From NCBI GenBank assembly GCA_943364975.1, contig CALRIY020000003.1, positions 18,387 to 82,386 of the forward strand: DNA of 64,000 nucleotides, given 5' to 3'. The position numbers and the translations under genes were made by a program. The notes beneath the pieces are model-generated. The model searched no databases. It was not told the origin of the DNA and was given only the letters and a program-made list of their open reading frames with translations. Source of the DNA: Synechococcus sp. UW140. Its GTDB lineage: Bacteria; Bacteroidota; Ignavibacteria; UBA10030; UBA8401. The first letter of the stretch is position 1; every line of letters begins with the position of its first letter. This document shows, piece after piece, positions 51,767 to 61,479 of the stretch.

Positions 51767-53491
51767 ATGATGAAGCGCTGTTTATGGTTCTGTGCCGCAG
51801 GTATGCTTGCTGTGCTCGCAGGATGCTCGTCCGCTAAAGAAGGTTCGGAAAAGTCGCCGGTTCAGGACCCGCATGTTCAGGCGCAGGTAATGCAGAAAGA
51901 CCGTTCGGCGGCGATGCAGCTGTTCATCGACGGTTCGCTGAAGGAAAGCAAAGGACAGTTCGCTGAAGCGATCCTCGATTATCAGGATGCGCTCCGGTAT
52001 GACCATGATCCGGCCATTTTCTTTGCCATGGCGAAATGTTATGCACAGATCCGCCGTTTCACTCCCGCAGCCGAGAATGCGCTGCTCGCGGTCAAACACG
52101 AACCGGCCAAAGTGGAATACCGCGAACTGCTGTCGCAGATCTATCTCAGCGCCGGACAATTCGACAAAGCTGCCGAAGAGCTGCGGACGATCCTGTCGAT
52201 CGATCCATCCAACACCAATGCCGCTTTCACTTTAGCGCAGCTGCTGGAACGGGTGAAACCTCTCGAGTCACTGGAATTATACAACGGCATCATCGCCCGG
52301 CAGGGACCGACCTGGGAAGTGCTCATGCAGATCGCGCAGCTGAGTTCCATGCTTCTGCGGTACGACGACTCCGAAGCAGCACTGGAAGCGATGCTGAAAC
52401 TCGATCCGGCCAACATCGCCGTCAAACAGAATCTCGCCGAAGTCTATATCCGCACAAAAAAATTCGACAAAGCGCTCTCCTCTTTGAACGAGGTGCTGGA
52501 AAAGAATCCTGACAACGTACTGCTCCGCGCAACACTGGCGGATGTCTATCTTCAGCAGAACGACTGGAAGTCCGCACAGAAGGAACTCCTGACCGTACTA
52601 AAATCGGACTCACTCGATCCGGACACACATCTTCGGATCGGTGTGGCCTTCTATGCTCAGACGCTGAAGGATACGCTCATCATTCCGGAGGCGATCAACG
52701 TCTTCAAGCAGTATGAAAAGAATTATCCGACCGATGCCCGCTCCTTTGTCTATCTGGGTGTGCTGCACCGCGGCATCAAGAAGGATTCCATCGCAGAGCA
52801 ATACTTCACCCGCGCTACCCAGTCCGCCAACTGGAACGGCGATGCCTGGTGGCAGCTCGGCTGGATGTATTTCGACAAACAGGATTTCATGGAGGCGATC
52901 AGCATCCTCAGCAAAGCGAAACAGTATGTGCAGGATGATTTCCGCATCTACATGCTGCTCGGCATCGCATACAACCGCGCCGGACTGCAGCAGGATTCCC
53001 GTGTTGCACTCGAACGTGCGGTGGAACTGAATCCGACGGATGTCAACACGCTCTCCTCGCTCGGATTGACCTATGATGCTCTGAAGATGCACACCGAATC
53101 GGATTCGGCGTACGAACGAGCGCTGCGGATCGATCCCAAATCCGCTCTCGTACTGAATAATTACGCGTACAGTCTCTCCGAACGGGGGCTTCAATTGGAC
53201 CGCGCCGAGAAGATGTCCCGCGAATCACTGCAGAGCGATTCCCTCAACTCCTCCTATCTGGATACATACGGCTGGATCCTTTTTCAGAAAGGGAAATACT
53301 CTGAGGCGCTTCCGCACATTCAGCGTGCGGTGGATCTCGGCGATGCAAGCGCCGTTGTGCTGGAACATCTCGGTGATGTCTATTCCAAGCTGAACCGGCC
53401 GGAGGAAGCAAAGAAGTATTGGATGAAAGCATTGGAGAAGGATGAAAAGAACGGTCTCCTGAAAGAGAAACTGTCGCGGGGCACACTGTGA
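51767..53491 (+). CDS. TPR-repeat lipoprotein
   Basis: 574 aa with lipobox VLAGCSS. Carries more than 10 TPR-like 34-aa repeats. Confidence 0.85.
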   Translation: MMKRCLWFCAAGMLAVLAGCSSAKEGSEKSPVQDPHVQAQVMQKDRSAAMQLFIDGSLKESKGQFAEAILDYQDALRYDHDPAIFFAMAKCYAQIRRFTPAAENALLAVKHEPAKVEYRELLSQIYLSAGQFDKAAEELRTILSIDPSNTNAAFTLAQLLERVKPLESLELYNGIIARQGPTWEVLMQIAQLSSMLLRYDDSEAALEAMLKLDPANIAVKQNLAEVYIRTKKFDKALSSLNEVLEKNPDNVLLRATLADVYLQQNDWKSAQKELLTVLKSDSLDPDTHLRIGVAFYAQTLKDTLIIPEAINVFKQYEKNYPTDARSFVYLGVLHRGIKKDSIAEQYFTRATQSANWNGDAWWQLGWMYFDKQDFMEAISILSKAKQYVQDDFRIYMLLGIAYNRAGLQQDSRVALERAVELNPTDVNTLSSLGLTYDALKMHTESDSAYERALRIDPKSALVLNNYAYSLSERGLQLDRAEKMSRESLQSDSLNSSYLDTYGWILFQKGKYSEALPHIQRAVDLGDASAVVLEHLGDVYSKLNRPEEAKKYWMKALEKDEKNGLLKEKLSRGTL

Positions 53492-54261
53492 GATCATCGG
53501 CCGTTCTTTTTTTTGCCGCGGCTCTGTTCGCTGCCGGCTGCGCTACGGCGCCGAAACCGGTGAGCAATGGAGCGATGAGCGCCGAAGAACTGCAGGACCA
53601 TCTGCTGCGCGCAACGATCTCCTCCGGAAATTTTTCCGCCGAAGGGAGCATTACCATCAGCTCTCCTTCCATGAATCAGTCCGCCGGATTTGAACTGATG
53701 ACGCGCGGCACCGATTCCGTGAAGATGTCCGTCTATGGACCGTTCGGCATCAACGTCGGCACCGCTCTGTTCACACGCCGGACATTCACCGCGTATAACG
53801 CTCTGAACAATACGGTCTATCAAGGCGATCCATCCAGACAGATGGAGTCCCTTCCGTTCCTCAAGGATATTCCGTTCGAACTGATGATCAGCGCACTGCA
53901 GGGGAATCATCCGCTGCTCCGCTCGGCCGTCATGGACAGCTTCACCGTGCAGAGCAATGGATCCTATACTTTCACTTCTGCCGTCAACGACACTGTGTAT
54001 GACAAATACCGCGCCGACGAAAGTTTCCTGCGGATCACACACTGTGTCCGCAAAACCATTTCCGGGAAGACCTTGTGGAGGGTCGAGTATTCGTACAAAA
54101 GGAATGCGGAAGGCGCAGTCCTTCCCGAACAGGTAGAGGTTGCAATCCCCTCCAAAAATTCATCGCTGCTGCTGGAATACGGGAACATCTCGTTCGACTC
54201 TTCTTCCTCCGGCATGACCATCAATTATCCGGACGACGCCGAGATCATCACCTTCGAATGA
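53488..54261 (+). CDS. DUF4292 (LolB-like) lipoprotein
   Basis: 257 aa. The GTG start overlaps the upstream stop (GTGA). Lipobox LFAAGC. Confidence 0.75.
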   Translation: MRSSAVLFFAAALFAAGCATAPKPVSNGAMSAEELQDHLLRATISSGNFSAEGSITISSPSMNQSAGFELMTRGTDSVKMSVYGPFGINVGTALFTRRTFTAYNALNNTVYQGDPSRQMESLPFLKDIPFELMISALQGNHPLLRSAVMDSFTVQSNGSYTFTSAVNDTVYDKYRADESFLRITHCVRKTISGKTLWRVEYSYKRNAEGAVLPEQVEVAIPSKNSSLLLEYGNISFDSSSSGMTINYPDDAEIITFE

Positions 54262-55637
54262 CGCGGATCCTATTATATTGTCTGGCAGCGCTCCTCTTCC
54301 TTCCGCTCGGTATGGCAAACCAGCAGTCCGACATCAAACGGAAGGACCAGCAGCTGCGTCGCCTCCGCGCCGAGATCCAGCAGTACGAGCAGCAGATCGA
54401 AGAGAGCGAAAAGAAGGAAAAAGCAACTCTCAGCCGGCTGGAGCTGATCGAAAAGAAGGCCAATCTCGTCCGAACGCTCCTGAACGAACTCCGCACTGAA
54501 GAGCAGCTCATCCGTTCGTCCATCCTCGCCACCAGACAGAATGTGGACCAGCTGGAGCAGCAGCTGGCCTTCCTGAAGAATCATTACGCACAGTATGTCT
54601 CCTCCGTGTACAAGTACGGAAAAGTATACGACCTGGAGACGATCCTCTCCTCCAATTCCATCAATCAGCTCTACATCCGCATTGAATACATGAAGCGGTT
54701 CTCGGACCAGAGGAAACGGGATCTGGAAAAGATCGTCGCAAAAAAAGGACAGATCGAGATCGAACACAGCACGCTGCAGGAAAAACTCTCCACCGAACAA
54801 CAGCTGATCTCGGAGAAGATCAAAGAAGAGAACACGCTCAATAAGACCAAAGAACGCAGGAGCAATGTTCTGAAGGATATCCGCGAGGACAAGTCGCAGC
54901 TGAAAAAGGAATTGACACGCAAGATCTCCGCCGCAAAGGAACTGGAGAACATCGTCGCCAATTTGATCGAGCAGGAACGGATCCGGAAAGAGAAAGCGGA
55001 ACGGGAAGAGAAGGAGCGGAAGGAACGGATCGCAAAGGAGCGCGCCGCGCGCAAAGAACGGGAACGCCTCGCAAAGATCGAACGGGAGAAGGAACTGGCC
55101 GACCTGAAGAAAAAGAACGATCTTGCCAAAGCACGCGAGAAGGAGCGGGAGATCGCCGAGGCGAACCGCCGCGCGGAAGAGCGCGACAAAGAGTACGAGA
55201 TAGAGACCGCGAAGGTGGAACTGATCCTCCGTCCGCTGTCGGAACGGAAAGGGAGACTCATCTGGCCTGTGTCCGGCGGACGGGTCATCGCGGAATTCGG
55301 CAACCAGGTCCATCCGGTCATGAAAACGATCACCACCAACACCGGTATCGATATCTCCACCAAAGAGAATGTCCCGGTCCGCACCGTGGCGGACGGCGAG
55401 GTCGCGCTGATCCATTGGCTCCCGTCATACGGAAATCTGATCATCATCAATCACGGACACGGATATCGGACCGTCTATGCGCATCTCTCCGAGATCTCCG
55501 TGATCAGCGGTCAGCAGATGAAAGAAGGGGCGGTCATCGCCAAGAGCGGGGAAACAGTCTCCGGGAATCTTCTCCACTTTGAAGTGTGGAAAGAGAAAGA
55601 CAAACAGAATCCCCGCGAGTGGCTTGTACGGAAATAA
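54258..55637 (+). CDS. M23 peptidase / murein hydrolase activator (EnvC-like) with long coiled coil
   Basis: ORF trimmed to ATG 54258, which overlaps the upstream stop (ATGA). Signal peptide present. Coiled coil, then M23 blocks GIDIST, IINHGHGYRTVYAHLS and LHFEVW. Confidence 0.88.
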   Translation: MTRILLYCLAALLFLPLGMANQQSDIKRKDQQLRRLRAEIQQYEQQIEESEKKEKATLSRLELIEKKANLVRTLLNELRTEEQLIRSSILATRQNVDQLEQQLAFLKNHYAQYVSSVYKYGKVYDLETILSSNSINQLYIRIEYMKRFSDQRKRDLEKIVAKKGQIEIEHSTLQEKLSTEQQLISEKIKEENTLNKTKERRSNVLKDIREDKSQLKKELTRKISAAKELENIVANLIEQERIRKEKAEREEKERKERIAKERAARKERERLAKIEREKELADLKKKNDLAKAREKEREIAEANRRAEERDKEYEIETAKVELILRPLSERKGRLIWPVSGGRVIAEFGNQVHPVMKTITTNTGIDISTKENVPVRTVADGEVALIHWLPSYGNLIIINHGHGYRTVYAHLSEISVISGQQMKEGAVIAKSGETVSGNLLHFEVWKEKDKQNPREWLVRK

Positions 55638-55666
55638 CGATATCGCTTCTGATATTTATTGTTTTT

Positions 55667-55733
55667 CGTCATGCCGAACTTGTTTCGGCATCTTCGTCAT
55701 TTTCGCAAGATGCTGACATTCGTCAGCATGACG
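55667..55733. repeat. compound GTCAT...ATGAC palindrome
   Basis: Outer arms CGTCATGC / GCATGACG. Inner hairpins ATGCCGAA-cttgt-TTCGGCAT and ATGCTGAC-attc-GTCAGCAT. Confidence 0.75.
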
Positions 55734-55801
55734 ATGTTTATGGCGGTATTATTTTTTATCTTTAATGTAATTATTCTGCATCTTTACAATGAGGCTAATG
55801 C

Positions 55802-56815
55802 GTGGCAAAAAAAATTGAGAAATCCGATCCGCTGAAACCGAACCGTTCGGACGTCGAAGCTGTCCGTGAACTGAATGCATCCTATCAGGCGCTGCGGACA
55901 GAGATCGCCAAAGTGATCGTCGGACAGGATACGGTGATCGAACAGCTGTTCATCTCCCTCCTTTCCCGCGGACATTGCCTGCTGGTCGGCGTCCCCGGTC
56001 TTGCCAAGACGCTGCTGATCAAAACGCTTGCCGATGTGCTCGATCTGAAGTTCAACCGCATCCAGTTCACACCGGACCTGATGCCGAGCGACATCACCGG
56101 CACCGAGATCATCGAAGAGGATAAGAAGAGCGGCGGAAAAGTATTCAAATTCGTCGAAGGACCGGTCTTCGCCAATATCGTTCTCGCAGATGAGATCAAC
56201 CGCACTCCCCCGAAAACACAAGCGGCACTTTTGGAATCGATGCAGGAGCACAAAGTAACGGCGGCGGGAAAGACATATACGCTCGACGAACCGTTCTTCG
56301 TCCTCGCTACACAGAATCCCATCGAACAGGAAGGGACCTATCCGCTTCCCGAAGCACAGCTGGACCGCTTCATGTTCAATCTCTGGCTGGAGTATCCTTC
56401 GTTCGAAGAAGAGAAGCAGATCGTCAAAGCGACCACCAGTCAGTATTCGCCGAAACTGAAACACGTGCTGAGCGCAGGTGACATCATCGACTATCAGGAC
56501 CTCGTCCGGCGTGTGCCGGTGGCGGACAACGTGATCGATTTCGCAGTCAGTCTGGTCGCCAAGACCCGGCCGAAGGATTCCCATTCACCGCAGTTCGTGA
56601 AGGACTGGCTCACATGGGGAGCAGGACCGCGTGCATCGCAGTATCTGATCCTCGGCGCGAAGACGAGGGCGATCCTCCACGGAAAATATACACCCGATAT
56701 GGAAGATGTACGCGCCGTCGCCGTACCTGTGCTCCGCCACCGCATTATTCCCAACTTCAACGCCGAAGCGGACGGGATCACGTCGGTGCAGATCGTGGAA
56801 AAACTACTCGCATAA
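55802..56815 (+). CDS. moxR: MoxR-like AAA+ ATPase
   Basis: 337 aa with a GTG start. Contains GHCLLVGVPGLAKT and LADEINRTPPKTQAALLE. Confidence 0.92.
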   Translation: MAKKIEKSDPLKPNRSDVEAVRELNASYQALRTEIAKVIVGQDTVIEQLFISLLSRGHCLLVGVPGLAKTLLIKTLADVLDLKFNRIQFTPDLMPSDITGTEIIEEDKKSGGKVFKFVEGPVFANIVLADEINRTPPKTQAALLESMQEHKVTAAGKTYTLDEPFFVLATQNPIEQEGTYPLPEAQLDRFMFNLWLEYPSFEEEKQIVKATTSQYSPKLKHVLSAGDIIDYQDLVRRVPVADNVIDFAVSLVAKTRPKDSHSPQFVKDWLTWGAGPRASQYLILGAKTRAILHGKYTPDMEDVRAVAVPVLRHRIIPNFNAEADGITSVQIVEKLLA

Positions 56816-56818
56816 TTT

Positions 56819-57067
56819 GTGAACACCGACAATACGTTCCGGTATAATCTCTATTCCATTTTCTGCGGGATGTTCTTTCTTCTCACCGGCTGGATCTGGA
56901 CCTACGGCATGAGTCTGTTCACGTCGTTCCCTTTTGGTGTCGCCGGATTGATCTTCTGGCTGAAAGGCCGGACGCCGCAGAAGAAGAACTCGTTGAACAA
57001 TACGGCGCTCACCGTATTGATCCTCGGCGCGGCTGTTTCACTTTCTTCACTTTTATTCCACCGTTAG
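56819..57067 (+). CDS. small membrane protein (3 TM), unknown function
   Basis: 82 aa with a GTG start 3 nt after the moxR stop. Hydrophobic segments only, so coding status is not certain. Confidence 0.45.
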   Translation: MNTDNTFRYNLYSIFCGMFFLLTGWIWTYGMSLFTSFPFGVAGLIFWLKGRTPQKKNSLNNTALTVLILGAAVSLSSLLFHR

Positions 57068-57187
57068 ACCCCGCTTTTTCCAGGATTCTGACACCGCTTT
57101 ATCGCTGTTCATCCCAACGCTGTTGATACATTCCGGTCTATTCTGTAGCTTTTTTATCATCAATACACCACATCGCTGGGAGAGAAC

Positions 57188-58084
57188 ATGAACAGGATCT
57201 TTTTTTGCTGCGCCGCTCTATTCCTGATGACCCGTCCGGCTGCTGCCGAACGGAGCATCCCGATGTTCGTCTCCACCCAATGGCTGGCAGACCATATGAA
57301 TGATAAGGATCTTGTCATTCTTCAGGTCGGCTTCAGCCGGAATGAATATAAATTCGCCCACCTGCCGAATGCACGGTTCATCTGGTTCAACTCTCTCGCC
57401 GTCTCCAATCCGGACCTGAACACCGAGATGCCGAGCGTCGATGAAGCGAAAAAAGTGCTTGAAGAAGCCGGGATCGAACAGTCATCAAAGATCGTGGTCG
57501 TCTTTGCAGGACAGAACGTTTCAACCACCACGCGGATCATTCTTGCCCTGAGCTATTTCGGATTTGGGGATCAGACCGCGCTGTTGGATGGAGGATTGGA
57601 AGCCTGGAAGAACGAGGGACGGCCGGTCTCCAAAGAGATGCCAATTGTAAAACGGTCTACATTGAAACTGTCGGTGGATCCATCGGTCATCACCGATGCG
57701 GAATGGGTGAAGGAACATCTCTCTTCCTCCGCTGTAACGATCGTGGATGCTCGGGCAAAAAATTTCTATGACGGCAACGGCGGAGGTGTGGCGAGGCAGG
57801 GTCATATCACAGGAGCGAAGAGCATCCCGTTCAGTATGATCCTCGATTCTGCAAACAGAATAAAATCCCCCGCCGATCTTCAAAAACTGTTCAATGAAGC
57901 GGGGATCAGGAAAGGAACAACTGTCGTCTCCTATTGTCACGTAGGACAGCAGGCAACGGTTGTCTATGTTGCGGCAAAACTGCTCGGTTACGACGCGAAA
58001 GTTTATGACGGAAGTTTCGAGGATTGGAATGTGCGCGATGAGAGTTATCCGGTGGAGAAGATCGAGGTAACCAGAAAACCATGA
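57188..58084 (+). CDS. periplasmic tandem-rhodanese sulfurtransferase
   Basis: 298 aa with a signal peptide. Two rhodanese domains, with the active-site loop CHVGQQA in the second. Confidence 0.88.
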   Translation: MNRIFFCCAALFLMTRPAAAERSIPMFVSTQWLADHMNDKDLVILQVGFSRNEYKFAHLPNARFIWFNSLAVSNPDLNTEMPSVDEAKKVLEEAGIEQSSKIVVVFAGQNVSTTTRIILALSYFGFGDQTALLDGGLEAWKNEGRPVSKEMPIVKRSTLKLSVDPSVITDAEWVKEHLSSSAVTIVDARAKNFYDGNGGGVARQGHITGAKSIPFSMILDSANRIKSPADLQKLFNEAGIRKGTTVVSYCHVGQQATVVYVAAKLLGYDAKVYDGSFEDWNVRDESYPVEKIEVTRKP

Positions 58085-58085
58085 G

Positions 58086-58152
58086 AGTTGTTGAGTATAT
58101 GAGTCATTGAGATAACAACACAATTTCTCAACTACTCATATACTCAACGACT
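58086..58152. repeat. long hairpin between convergent rhodanese and trkA genes
   Basis: Perfect 15-bp arms GTTGAGTATATGAGT (58090..58104) and ACTCATATACTCAAC (58134..58148), with an inner TTGAGA/TCTCAA stem. Confidence 0.8.
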
Positions 58153-58166
58153 TATCTGCTCATGCG

Positions 58167-58859
58167 CTACGCAGAAGCAAGTTTTTCCAGCTCTTTTTTT
58201 CGTCCGAATACCACGAGCACATCTCCCCGCTCAATATGCGTATCACTGCTCGGAATGCCGAGAATCGTTGCCACTTTCTTCTTCTGCAATCCGAACATCG
58301 TCTGTTTTTCCTGCTGCCGTTTAATGGTGATCAGGTTCACATTGTATGTCTGCCGCAGTTCCAGTTCGGTCACCGATCTGCCGATGAACGGTTCCGGAGC
58401 AGAGATCTCCGCTATACTGTAATCGCTGGAAAGTTCGAACGAGTCGATCACATTCTCAAAGATCAGATTTGTGGCCAGCCGTTCTGCGGCCTCTTCTGCC
58501 GGCAGGATCACTTCCTTGATGCCGAGATGGTTCAGGATCCGTTCGTGAGTGGAGGTGGTTCCGCGGACAACGATCCGTTTCGCGCCGATGTTCTGCAGTG
58601 CAGCGATGGTGAGCAGCGCTGCTTCAAAGTGGTCGCCGATGCCGACGATCACCACATCCATGTCCTGCACTCCCTGCGCTTTCAATGCTGTTTCGTCGGT
58701 GGAATCGATCCGGACGGCATGCGCAACATGCTCTTTCACATCATCCAGCCGCTCCATATCGTTGTCCAGAGCTATCACGTCCGCCCCTTTCCGGCTCAAC
58801 TCGATCGCCACGCGGATCCCAAATACTCCAAGTCCGATAACCGCAATTTTTTTTGCCAT
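58167..58859 (-). CDS. trkA: Trk potassium uptake NAD-binding subunit
   Basis: 230 aa. Rossmann GxGxxG (VIGLGVFG) plus an RCK_C domain. Directly downstream of trkH. Confidence 0.9.
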   Translation of the reverse strand: MAKKIAVIGLGVFGIRVAIELSRKGADVIALDNDMERLDDVKEHVAHAVRIDSTDETALKAQGVQDMDVVIVGIGDHFEAALLTIAALQNIGAKRIVVRGTTSTHERILNHLGIKEVILPAEEAAERLATNLIFENVIDSFELSSDYSIAEISAPEPFIGRSVTELELRQTYNVNLITIKRQQEKQTMFGLQKKKVATILGIPSSDTHIERGDVLVVFGRKKELEKLASA

Positions 58860-58871
58860 ATGTTTTCCTGA

Positions 58872-60686
58872 TTAGGTGATCAATACTTCTTCTGTGATAT
58901 GTTCGTATTCCGGCTGCTGTCGTTTCGGGATCAATGCAAGAATGAAAGCCAGGAATCCGATCCTTCCCACGATCATCGACGCAATAATGATGTACTTCCC
59001 TTCCGTGGTCAGCTGTGCGGTGATCCCGGCGGAAAGTCCGACCGTGCTCATGGCGGAAACCACTTCGAACAATAGAAGCTCGAACGGATGCTGTTCTGTG
59101 ATCAACAATGCGAACAGCGCCGCGACCATGTACAGCAATGACAACAACACTGTGCTGAAGGCTTTGGTTGTGACGTGTGCAGGTATCTGTTTTCCGAAAA
59201 CTTCCACATGCCTTCTTCCGGTAACGATAGAGCGGAGATTCAGCAGGGCGACTGCAAAAGTGGTTGTTTTGATCCCTCCTCCTGTGGAGGCCGGCGACGC
59301 ACCGATCCACATCAGCAGGATGATCAGAAAAAGCGAGGGGAGGGTCAACGACGCAATATCCACTGAATTGAAACCGGCAGTGCGCGCAATGGCGGAATGA
59401 AAAAAGGAGATCACCCACTGCTCTGCCGGTGAATAGACGGAGAATGCCGATCCCTGTTCCAACCGGAACAATCCCGCTGTTCCGATCAACAGTAATGCTG
59501 CGCTGGTCACCAATACTAATTTTGTGTGAATAGAAAGGCGAAAGAGTGTCCGCTGTTTCAGCAGCAGACGATTGATGCCGTCAATAATGTTGGTGAACAC
59601 AGGAAACCCAACTCCTCCCAGAATGACCAGAACGGAAATGATCATCAGGAGCGGCAGATTGGTCTGCAGTGCCGGATGCATCAAATTCTCAGTTGTGAGG
59701 GTGAAACCGGCATTACAGAATGCGGACACCGAATGGAAGAGGGAAAAATACCAAGGATGATACGCTTCGATCGCTGTGCCCCCGATGGCGTAATAGATCA
59801 GGATCGCCCCTCCTGCTTCGATCACCAGTGTGATCAATGCTATCAGAGTGAGGGTCATTTTTATTCGGCCCAGACTTTCTTCGCCCAGCAGGGACTGCAT
59901 GGTCGAGTATTCTTTCAGCTTACCGGATCCGCTGATCACAAAGGCGAAGAATGTCGTCAGCGTCATGATCCCCAGCCCGCCGATCTGAATGAGGAACAGA
60001 ATGACATCATGACCGAGCGAAGAAAAATAATGGTTCGTGTCGACAACGATCAGTCCGGTCACACACACGGCGCTTGTGGCGGTAAAGAGAGCATCCACGA
60101 ACGTCATGGATTGCGTGACGGTCGCCTTCGGCAGCAGCAGCAGCAGTGTTCCGACCGCAATAAGGAAAAGAAAACTTGCCAGCAGCAGGAACGAGGGCTG
60201 AACATTTTTGGACATCACTCCCTGGCTTGCCCGGAGGGCGGACGGAATGAGCGCAGTTAAGAAGAGAACCTGCGAGATACCGAAGTACAATCCGGTCAGC
60301 GACACCGGGGTCAGGCGGGGATCGATCCACAGCAGCAGCGATTCTATCGGACCGGGGAACATCAGATGAAGCAGGATCATGGTCACCATACCGTATTCCG
60401 CCCAGCGGACCCGGATAAAGCGCAGTTTTTTATGGACCACGGTAAGTTTTATCAGTGCCTGCACTGCAAAACCGAGCAGCAGTAGGCGCGAATAATCTGC
60501 GATCGATCGCTGCAAGTCTTCTGACAGATAGAATCCATATTGCGCGGCGAGACCGGCCATAGCGCCAAGTGCGCAGACCAGCAGCAGGATATTCGCTATA
60601 CCGTACAGGAATTGACGGATTCCCGTTACTTCATCGGTCTGTTTGCGAGGATCGAGTGCATTCAGTGTCTGCAGGATTTTAGCCAT
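58872..60686 (-). CDS. trkH: TrkH-family potassium transporter
   Basis: 604 aa, polytopic. Repeated selectivity-filter-like segments (TGGGIKTTT, SAGIT, NAGFT). Confidence 0.9.
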   Translation of the reverse strand: MAKILQTLNALDPRKQTDEVTGIRQFLYGIANILLLVCALGAMAGLAAQYGFYLSEDLQRSIADYSRLLLLGFAVQALIKLTVVHKKLRFIRVRWAEYGMVTMILLHLMFPGPIESLLLWIDPRLTPVSLTGLYFGISQVLFLTALIPSALRASQGVMSKNVQPSFLLLASFLFLIAVGTLLLLLPKATVTQSMTFVDALFTATSAVCVTGLIVVDTNHYFSSLGHDVILFLIQIGGLGIMTLTTFFAFVISGSGKLKEYSTMQSLLGEESLGRIKMTLTLIALITLVIEAGGAILIYYAIGGTAIEAYHPWYFSLFHSVSAFCNAGFTLTTENLMHPALQTNLPLLMIISVLVILGGVGFPVFTNIIDGINRLLLKQRTLFRLSIHTKLVLVTSAALLLIGTAGLFRLEQGSAFSVYSPAEQWVISFFHSAIARTAGFNSVDIASLTLPSLFLIILLMWIGASPASTGGGIKTTTFAVALLNLRSIVTGRRHVEVFGKQIPAHVTTKAFSTVLLSLLYMVAALFALLITEQHPFELLLFEVVSAMSTVGLSAGITAQLTTEGKYIIIASMIVGRIGFLAFILALIPKRQQPEYEHITEEVLIT

Positions 60687-60704
60687 GGGGGAGTATACGG
60701 AATT

Positions 60705-61355
60705 TTATCTTCGATACCTCTTGATATACTCCGGAACAGGAATGGTGTCCGGCAAAGGGTCGTCCTTCACCGGCTCGCCGAAGGTCATCCGCACCGGCAG
60801 AACTCCCGCCCAGACCGGCAGCGCGTAATCCTCTTCGTCATCCTTCGCCGGACCCGTTCGTACTTTTGCCGATGCGGTTTCGATCTCGACAGCGATGATC
60901 TGCGTGCTTTTGTCTTCGGATTCGTTCGGATGGCGGGCATCCTTCCACCGGCCTTTTGCGATATGTTCCGTCAGCGCTTCGAAGACCTTCCATTTCTCTT
61001 CATATGTCTCAACAACGCGTCCTTTCCCGAACAGCACTGCGGAACGGTAATTCATGCTGTGATGGAACACCGATCGCGCAAAGACGATCCCGTCCACCAG
61101 CGTCATATTCAAGCAGACACTGTTCCCCGCTTTGATATGATTGAGCATCCGATTCGCCACGGCGCCGTGAAGATAGACCGTATCGCCGATCCTCGTATGG
61201 ATCGTCGGCATCACGAACGGCTGACCCTCAACGGTAAATCCGACGTGACAGATCAACGTTTCATCGACGATATCATAAACGGTCTTCTTATCATACTCAC
61301 CCCTCTTCGGGAGTCGTTTCACTTTGTTCAGATCGGTTTGCGGAAATTCACCCAT
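60705..61355 (-). CDS. pyridoxamine 5'-phosphate oxidase-family FMN-binding protein (Pyridox_ox_2 type)
   Basis: 216 aa. The blocks LCHVGF...GQPFVMPT...YLHGA...R and SAVLFG match the split-barrel flavoprotein family. Confidence 0.82.
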   Translation of the reverse strand: MGEFPQTDLNKVKRLPKRGEYDKKTVYDIVDETLICHVGFTVEGQPFVMPTIHTRIGDTVYLHGAVANRMLNHIKAGNSVCLNMTLVDGIVFARSVFHHSMNYRSAVLFGKGRVVETYEEKWKVFEALTEHIAKGRWKDARHPNESEDKSTQIIAVEIETASAKVRTGPAKDDEEDYALPVWAGVLPVRMTFGEPVKDDPLPDTIPVPEYIKRYRR

Positions 61356-61479
61356 AAAGCTCTCTCATTAATATTGTTCACCGCGGAGAACGCTGAGTCC
61401 GCTGAGGATTTAAAATAATAACGCCACAGCTTACACTGGATCAATATAAATAAATCTGCAGAGAAGAAAAAAGATGGGG

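Noticed and set aside
54273-55450. Two overlapping minus-strand ORFs of 380 and 259 aa
   Set aside because: They are generated by the low-complexity GAA/CGG-rich coding sequence of the EnvC-like coiled coil on the plus strand. Their products are Ser/Arg/Phe or Leu/Phe/Asp low complexity.
55802-57067. MoxR as the start of a Bat/aerotolerance-type or MoxR-vWA system
   Set aside because: No DUF58 or vWA gene follows moxR, only an 82-aa hydrophobic ORF and a rhodanese. The vWA membrane protein is 8 kb away on its own. The evidence for a linked system in this window is insufficient.
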